Shown: piece after piece, positions 59,044 through 64,000 of the stretch
How positions within the stretch are numbered: position 1 is the stretch's first letter
How the letters are laid out: every line of letters starts with the position of its first letter
Source of the DNA: Promethearchaeota archaeon
GTDB lineage: Archaea > Asgardarchaeota > Lokiarchaeia > Sigyniarchaeales > SOKP01
Direction: 5' to 3'
NCBI GenBank assembly: GCA_048941265.1
Contig: JBHLNT010000002.1
Span: 2,372-66,371 of the forward strand
Length of the DNA: 64,000 nt
Made by a program: the position numbers and the translations under genes
The notes under the pieces: generated by a model
What the model was told of the DNA's origin: nothing
Database searches by the model: none
Seen by the model: the letters and a program-made list of their open reading frames with translations, nothing else

Positions 59044-59541
59044 GTGGTATCTGCGTTTTTAAGCGATTTTGATGTATTTTTTGCCAAATATGCTAAAGAC
59101 CAAAACCATCGAAATTTAATTACACACAGTATTATTCCAAGTGTCATTATCATCATATTAGGTCTGATGATTTCATGGCCTGCATTAATAATTGGTGGAT
59201 TTGCCTATTTTATGCATGTGATTGTAGATATGTTTGACTGGGGAACAAATCTTTTTTATTTTCCTAAGAAGACCTTTGGCCCGAGATTATTCATGTCAAA
59301 AGAAGAAGAGGAAAATTTGTCAAAAATTTTATCTCAATACAAAAATGGAGCAAGTTATTTTGATTTTAAATACTATAATAGTAAGGTTGCCTTAAGTATA
59401 GAAGTATTTTTATTTGTATTAATGATGATATTTATTATTGCTCTTGCTTTTGAATATATCCTAATTTCACTCATATATTTTTTAGGATTATATTTTCACT
59501 TATCAAGACATTATCATTTAAAGAAGATCGAATCAAAATAA
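59044..59541 (+). CDS. membrane-bound metal-dependent hydrolase, DUF457/YdjM-like
   Basis: LSDFDVFF ... HRNLITHSI resembles the YdjM PD-x-D ... HR-x-x-THS motifs. The in-frame upstream stretch back to 58942 encodes the expected N-terminal His helix (INSHFAIGVIIA) without a canonical start. Confidence 0.6.
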   Translation: MVSAFLSDFDVFFAKYAKDQNHRNLITHSIIPSVIIIILGLMISWPALIIGGFAYFMHVIVDMFDWGTNLFYFPKKTFGPRLFMSKEEEENLSKILSQYKNGASYFDFKYYNSKVALSIEVFLFVLMMIFIIALAFEYILISLIYFLGLYFHLSRHYHLKKIESK

Positions 59542-59553
59542 TTATTAAATCTT

Positions 59554-60018
59554 ATGACGATTAATAATCCAAATAATTTGCGTAAATATCGTTTTGATCC
59601 TTTTCTTAATAATCTTCATGGATGGATTGATTCTTTTAAATTCAATAAACAATCAGGACAATTTTCAGTCGTTAGAGGTTGGAATAAACCCTCATTATAC
59701 GGCATATGTGATATGATTTATAATTTAGTAATACCAAATGAGTTACACTCCTATATTAAATCTCATAATAATGAAGAAATCGATGATTGGATATCTGTTA
59801 TTAAGTTGTATCAGGATAAGAATACCGGTTGGTTTAGGGAAGGAAGATTTAATTACGCATATCACTTTAAAGAACATAGTACTGCATTCGCAGTTTCAGT
59901 TTTAAAACTATTAAATTCAACACCCGATCATGACTTTAAAATCTCAGAAAAGCTAAATTCCAGAAAAAAAGTGTATAACTGGTTGAAAAAAGGACCCGAA
60001 TGGGGATTACTGTATTGA
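59554..60018 (+). CDS. prenyltransferase / terpene-cyclase-like alpha-alpha toroid repeat protein, N-terminal part
   Basis: QW-like repeat (LYQDKNTGWF). Ends at a TGA (60016-60018) that is in frame with the next ORF. Confidence 0.55.
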   Translation: MTINNPNNLRKYRFDPFLNNLHGWIDSFKFNKQSGQFSVVRGWNKPSLYGICDMIYNLVIPNELHSYIKSHNNEEIDDWISVIKLYQDKNTGWFREGRFNYAYHFKEHSTAFAVSVLKLLNSTPDHDFKISEKLNSRKKVYNWLKKGPEWGLLY

Positions 60019-60042
60019 CCAGGCTCACATAGAGGTGGGGGA

Positions 60043-60609
60043 ATGGGAGCTATATATGCTACCTTGGGTCCAGATTCTTATCCTCATGAGAATTTCTTTG
60101 ATTGGTATTTTGAATGGCTGGATAAAAATGCCGATAGAGATATAGGATTTTGGAGATTAGGATGGATTCATAGGTTAAAAAAAGATCGATTGACTAAACA
60201 TGAATTAGGAGGGGCTGTGCATTATTATTGGATATATGAATTCTTAGGACATCCTATTCCTTTTCCAGAAAAAGTTATAGATTCTACGCTTTTATTACAA
60301 AAAGACCTTGGAACATGGGACACTCCATATTCATATTGTATTGACCTAGACGCGATATTTTGTTTGACAAGATGTTGTAAACAAACTAAAGGATATAAAA
60401 AAGAAGAAATTCAGAACGCAATAGTAAAATATCTCGATTATATAGTTGATAAAATCAATAATAAGAATTTTCTATATCAAAATTATAAATCCGCACATAA
60501 ATTAACAGGTTTTCTATGTGCAATAGCTGAAATTTACAAATTTGTACCACAAATCCTTGATTTGAAAAAAGAATGGATTCAGACTCTTGATATCACTCCG
60601 TGGATTTAA
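60043..60609 (+). CDS. prenyltransferase / terpene-cyclase-like alpha-alpha toroid repeat protein, C-terminal part
   Basis: QW-like repeat (LLLQKDLGTWDTP). Same frame as 59554-60018. Has its own GAGGTG Shine-Dalgarno (60032-60037) 5 nt before the ATG. Confidence 0.55.
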   Translation: MGAIYATLGPDSYPHENFFDWYFEWLDKNADRDIGFWRLGWIHRLKKDRLTKHELGGAVHYYWIYEFLGHPIPFPEKVIDSTLLLQKDLGTWDTPYSYCIDLDAIFCLTRCCKQTKGYKKEEIQNAIVKYLDYIVDKINNKNFLYQNYKSAHKLTGFLCAIAEIYKFVPQILDLKKEWIQTLDITPWI

Positions 60610-60765
60610 TAAATTAAAATACTATGTATATTAAAGGAAAAATTCATTATTTATTTTGAAAAAACTCATCGTTAAATTTTTTAATTATAATTTGATTTGC
60701 CAATTTTAAGTAATATGTTAATAATATAATCCTTAAGATTTGGAAAAAATAAGGTAGGATCGATA

Positions 60766-61224
60766 ATGATTGATCGACTCAATAAAATGTATGAACATAT
60801 AAAGGAATCTGTCGACTCAAAATTATCAGATCCCGGATTTAAGTTCACGTGCGAAATTAATGGTAATAAATTAAGAGAATGTATTACTGAATATTTTTAT
60901 AAAGAGGAATCCGAATTAATTGCTGTAGATCGTTCAAGGCTCTTTTCAAGATCTGTGTTAAATTGTTTAGAAGTAGGATTGGAATTATGTATAAAACAAA
61001 AAGAATTAAAAATGGAGGAAATTTGTACTGAAGCCGATTTTGTTGTAATAAAAGATAAAAATAATTTATTGCATGTTAAATCAATTACCATAAAAGTAGA
61101 TCCTAAAAAAGTGAATAAAGAAATTTTAGAATGCATAAAGAAATGTTTGAAATTCTATGAATTTAGTTGTAATAAAAATTCGGTAAAGATGCCAATAAAA
61201 ATTAATTTTAGTATTGCAGACTAG
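60766..61224 (+). CDS. OsmC/Ohr-like protein, divergent subtype, copy 1
   Basis: About 150 aa. Cys in a helix context (SVLNCLEVGLELC) and a C-terminal Cys (EFSCNKNSV) sit at the two OsmC Cys positions. Paralogue of 61354-61815. Confidence 0.5.
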   Translation: MIDRLNKMYEHIKESVDSKLSDPGFKFTCEINGNKLRECITEYFYKEESELIAVDRSRLFSRSVLNCLEVGLELCIKQKELKMEEICTEADFVVIKDKNNLLHVKSITIKVDPKKVNKEILECIKKCLKFYEFSCNKNSVKMPIKINFSIAD

Positions 61225-61353
61225 CAAAATTAACTATTTATTCTAATAAGATTAAAATATCATTGCTAAGATTTATATAATAATATAGTTGAAAAATCAC
61301 TTCATATTCAATTATAAGAAAAGTTAAAAATCATATTGTAGAGAATTATTGTT

Positions 61354-61815
61354 ATGTTTGAAGATCTAAATAGAATGCATAAAGATTTAAAAGAAATAAT
61401 GGATTCAAAAGTCTCCATACCTGAATTCAAATTTACATGCGAATTAGGGGATCAAAAAAAACTAAAAGATTGTATAACTGAAGAATTTAATATAGAAGAA
61501 TCTAAGTTAATTGAGGAAGATCCTACAAGATTGCTTACTAAATCCGTATTGACCTGCCTAGACTCTGGTTTAGCATTATGTATTAAACAAAAGGGATTTA
61601 AATTGGAGGAATTAATGACCGAAGCAGAATTTCACATGATTACTGATGAGAAAGGACTATTTAATATCGATTCCATAACTATAAAATTGAATCCAAATAA
61701 GACTGATAATGTTCTGCTTGACGATATAAAAAGATGTTTGAATTTTTATGAAAAGGCATGTAACGAGAGGGCAGTCAAAATGCCAATCCTAATCAATTTT
61801 GAATTTGCCATATGA
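61354..61815 (+). CDS. OsmC/Ohr-like protein, divergent subtype, copy 2
   Basis: SVLTCLDSGLALC and EKACNERAV. Co-linear with copy 1. Confidence 0.5.
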   Translation: MFEDLNRMHKDLKEIMDSKVSIPEFKFTCELGDQKKLKDCITEEFNIEESKLIEEDPTRLLTKSVLTCLDSGLALCIKQKGFKLEELMTEAEFHMITDEKGLFNIDSITIKLNPNKTDNVLLDDIKRCLNFYEKACNERAVKMPILINFEFAI

Positions 61816-61915
61816 AAATCCTATCTTTTATTATAAAAACATTAAAAAGGCAAAATATTTGATAAAATTATAAAAATTGATTAAGATACATAATTTTTTA
61901 AATTGTGAGAACCAT

Positions 61916-62353
61916 ATGGCTGAGGAAATAAAAACAAAAGTCGGATTAAATTTAGAAAGTGGTATGCTTTTTAAATGTGATTTAGGTCAAATGAAAGTAA
62001 AAGATTGTTATATTGACGAGGAACATCGGGAAGAAGTAGATATGTTGGGGCCAAATCCCTCGAGAATGTTAGGAACGGCCGTTTTAGGATGTTTGAGTGC
62101 GAGCTTCATATTCTGTTTAAAGAAAAGAAATTTTAATGTAAATGATTTAAACGCCGAAGCTGAAATAACCATCGCAAGAAATGAAAAAGGATTCTGGAGA
62201 GTAAAAAAAATAGAGGTGAATATAAAACCGAAAATTGACGATCCTGATGTAAGAAAACGCGCAGACCAATGTAAGAAGATGTTTGAACAATATTGTATTG
62301 TTACTCAGGCGGTACGAGAAGGGATAAACGTAGAAGTTAATCTTGATTATTAA
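61916..62353 (+). CDS. OsmC-family protein, copy 3
   Basis: AVLGCLSASFIFCL and EQYCIVTQAV match the OsmC two-Cys layout. The ORF-track start at 61877 is TTG; ATG at 61916 is preferred. Confidence 0.65.
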   Translation: MAEEIKTKVGLNLESGMLFKCDLGQMKVKDCYIDEEHREEVDMLGPNPSRMLGTAVLGCLSASFIFCLKKRNFNVNDLNAEAEITIARNEKGFWRVKKIEVNIKPKIDDPDVRKRADQCKKMFEQYCIVTQAVREGINVEVNLDY

Positions 62354-62419
62354 TTAATCTCTTAGTTGTAAAATATATAAAATTTATCATAGAATAAAAA
62401 AAATTAAAGATGATTTAAG

Positions 62420-62878
62420 ATGGTTCGTGAAGAAAATGTGACAGTAGACATGATATTAGAGAAGGATTTAATTTTCAAGGTAAATCTTGCGCATAATAAG
62501 CTCAAAGAGCTCTTTATCGATGAATCCATGAGTGAAAAATCCCAAATGTGGGGTCCCGATGCCGCACAGCTACTTGCGATGGCATTATTAGGGTGTTTAA
62601 ATGCGAGTTTTCTATTTTGTTTAAATAAAAGGAATTTAACTGTTGATGATTTGGAAGCTCACGCAGAAATATCTTTTAAAAAAATTGAAAAAGGGTATAC
62701 TAGAGTTGATAAAATTAATGTGAAAATTGTACCTAAAACTACTGATCCCGTTACTCTTAAAAGAATAAATCAATGTATTAAAAAAATGAAAAATGGAAAT
62801 ATGTTTTTTGAGGAAACATGTATAATTACCGAATCAGTAAGACAGGGAATAGAAGTTAATGTGGATGTCGAAATCTAA
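62420..62878 (+). CDS. OsmC-family protein, copy 4
   Basis: ALLGCLNASFLFCL and EETCIITESV. Paralogue of copy 3. Confidence 0.65.
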   Translation: MVREENVTVDMILEKDLIFKVNLAHNKLKELFIDESMSEKSQMWGPDAAQLLAMALLGCLNASFLFCLNKRNLTVDDLEAHAEISFKKIEKGYTRVDKINVKIVPKTTDPVTLKRINQCIKKMKNGNMFFEETCIITESVRQGIEVNVDVEI

Positions 62879-62914
62879 CAATTTTTCTATTTAAATGCAT
62901 AAAGATTTTATAAT

Positions 62915-63727
62915 TTAGTAATCTAGTCCTTTCACACGCTTCTTGGATCGAGGAGGGCAACGTAAAAACCTCACATTCGGATATCCAATAGTAAAAACTC
63001 CCCAGCTCTTTCCGTGGACACCTGCCAATTTTAACAGTTTTTTGTTGGTGCTAAATGCACTCATGGTCCAGCCGTTCCAACATGTACCCAAACCTAATGA
63101 TTGCGCGATCATTCTCCCATATGTTACTTGTATTGCGATATTAATATAATCAAGCATGTTGTCCGATGATGCATATACAAAAATAACATGAGGGGCATCA
63201 AAATAAATAGGACAATTATATGCTCTTTTAAGTAATTTAAAAACACCACCATAACCGGATTTCCATGCGGGATTTGTTTGTAATTCTTCCATAATCGCTT
63301 CTGAAAGCTTATAAATTTTCTCGTCATCAGATAACAGTACATATTTTTCAGCTCTCATGTTTCCTCCTGTAGGTGCACACTGCATAGCATCAAATACTTC
63401 ACTTAACACATTTGTAGGAACTTTTTTCTTTTTATACTGCCGTGTAGAACGATTTGCTCGAAGAAAGTTATAGACAGTCCTATGGGGGATCAATTGATCG
63501 AGATTTTCAATTCCATCAAATGTATATGGATCATCTTCAAAATTTTCGAAAATAATTGCATCTTGTGGACAGATAGCAATGCAATGACCACATGAAAAAC
63601 AAGGCATAGTCGGATTAGGAACGTAAAACCTATTATTTTCTTTATCTCTTTTGATTTTTAGACCACATTCTTTTACACAAAGCCCACAATTAGTGCATTT
63701 TTCATAATCGATTCCTATTATTGACAT
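62915..63727 (-). CDS. 2x[4Fe-4S] ferredoxin-domain / nitroreductase fusion protein
   Basis: CTNCGLCVKEC and CFSCGHCIAICP cluster motifs are followed by a nitroreductase-fold domain (RANRSTRQY...). Confidence 0.75.
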   Translation of the reverse strand: MSIIGIDYEKCTNCGLCVKECGLKIKRDKENNRFYVPNPTMPCFSCGHCIAICPQDAIIFENFEDDPYTFDGIENLDQLIPHRTVYNFLRANRSTRQYKKKKVPTNVLSEVFDAMQCAPTGGNMRAEKYVLLSDDEKIYKLSEAIMEELQTNPAWKSGYGGVFKLLKRAYNCPIYFDAPHVIFVYASSDNMLDYINIAIQVTYGRMIAQSLGLGTCWNGWTMSAFSTNKKLLKLAGVHGKSWGVFTIGYPNVRFLRCPPRSKKRVKGLDY

Positions 63728-63873
63728 CTTTATTATACCCTCTAAAAATTTGTTAATTATTTATATATTAAGTTGATTGATTTTAAAAATCTTAATACTT
63801 TAGATGTCAATACACAAATCTTATTATTATTTAGATCTTTGAGAAGAAGTGCCATAATTATGCGACCTATGAA

Positions 63874-64000
63874 TCAATCTAAGCCTTTCACGGATTTTTT
63901 AGAACGTGGAGGACAACGTAAATACTTAACATTTGGGTACCCAATCGTAATTACACCCCAGCTTCTACCTCTTATACCGGCAATCTTTCCTATTTTAGGA
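63874..64000 (-). CDS. ferredoxin-nitroreductase paralogue, C-terminal fragment (gene runs off the right edge)
   Basis: Hand translation of the minus strand gives ...GYPNVKYLRCPPRSKKSVKGLD-TGA. That is nearly identical to the C-terminus of 62915-63727 (GYPNVRFLRCPPRSKKRVKGLDY). Confidence 0.6.
   Translation of the reverse strand, partial: PKIGKIAGIRGRSWGVITIGYPNVKYLRCPPRSKKSVKGLD

Noticed and set aside
60016-60018. Selenocysteine at the in-frame TGA of the toroid gene
   Set aside because: No GC-rich SECIS-like hairpin is visible in the AT-rich 3' flank. No known selenoprotein family matches. An efficient SD plus ATG follows the stop. It remains a minor alternative under the split-gene finding.
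1-64000. CRISPR arrays, transposons, prophage or defence islands
   Set aside because: I scanned intergenic regions for regularly spaced direct repeats and scanned translations for transposase, integrase, Cas and restriction motifs. Nothing was found beyond the short repeats reported above.

Overview
Visibly AT-rich archaeal chromosomal segment. Archaeal markers are tRNA-splicing endonuclease EndA, an A/V-type ATPase and a tRNA without encoded CCA. An Asgard/Lokiarchaeia-like origin is only a guess from gene content. About 65 genes are present. I saw no CRISPR array, transposase, integrase or prophage signature. From left to right the window holds: tRNA-Ala followed by an unexplained GC-enriched hairpin-dense island; a SagB-type dehydrogenase, a radical-SAM protein and two small CxxC paralogues; a purC-(small ORF)-purS-purQ-purL-purF operon; MazG-like, TIGR04076-like, JAMM/MPN and alpha/beta-hydrolase genes and an aldo/keto reductase; an operon of a GlcD-like flavoprotein, a GlcF-like Fe-S protein and two FGGY kinases; a UDP-GlcNAc block (glmM, SIS-only GlmS paralogue, glmS, glmU-like); hotdog dehydratases and a GH13 enzyme; a 2-hydroxyacyl-CoA dehydratase cluster (activase, SDR, one beta-like and two alpha-like subunits); VIT and DUF47 genes; a complete A/V-type ATPase operon; endA, a MEMO1-like gene, a coiled-coil protein and a PfkB kinase; four tandem OsmC-like genes; and two tandem ferredoxin-nitroreductase fusions. 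Most notable observations: (1) the ATPase locus has non-canonical gene order (K-C-H-F-E-A-B-D-I), followed by a zinc-ribbon membrane protein and a second full-length A-subunit paralogue in which the invariant GERGNE motif reads GEPGNE. (2) Three ATPase genes (atpC, atpE, atpD) have their family-typical N-termini upstream of the first ATG, with no in-frame ATG/GTG/TTG. Each has the hexamer AAT-ATT 6-7 nt after a Shine-Dalgarno block, which suggests AUU initiation; a DUF457 gene shows a similar problem. (3) The dehydratase cluster has a beta/alpha/alpha-prime layout and a shared 29-nt intergenic motif. (4) Two unknown paralogues of exactly 495 aa lie 19 kb apart. (5) A prenyltransferase-like toroid gene is split by a single in-frame TGA. 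All functional calls rest on motifs read by eye from the supplied translations; no database search was possible.
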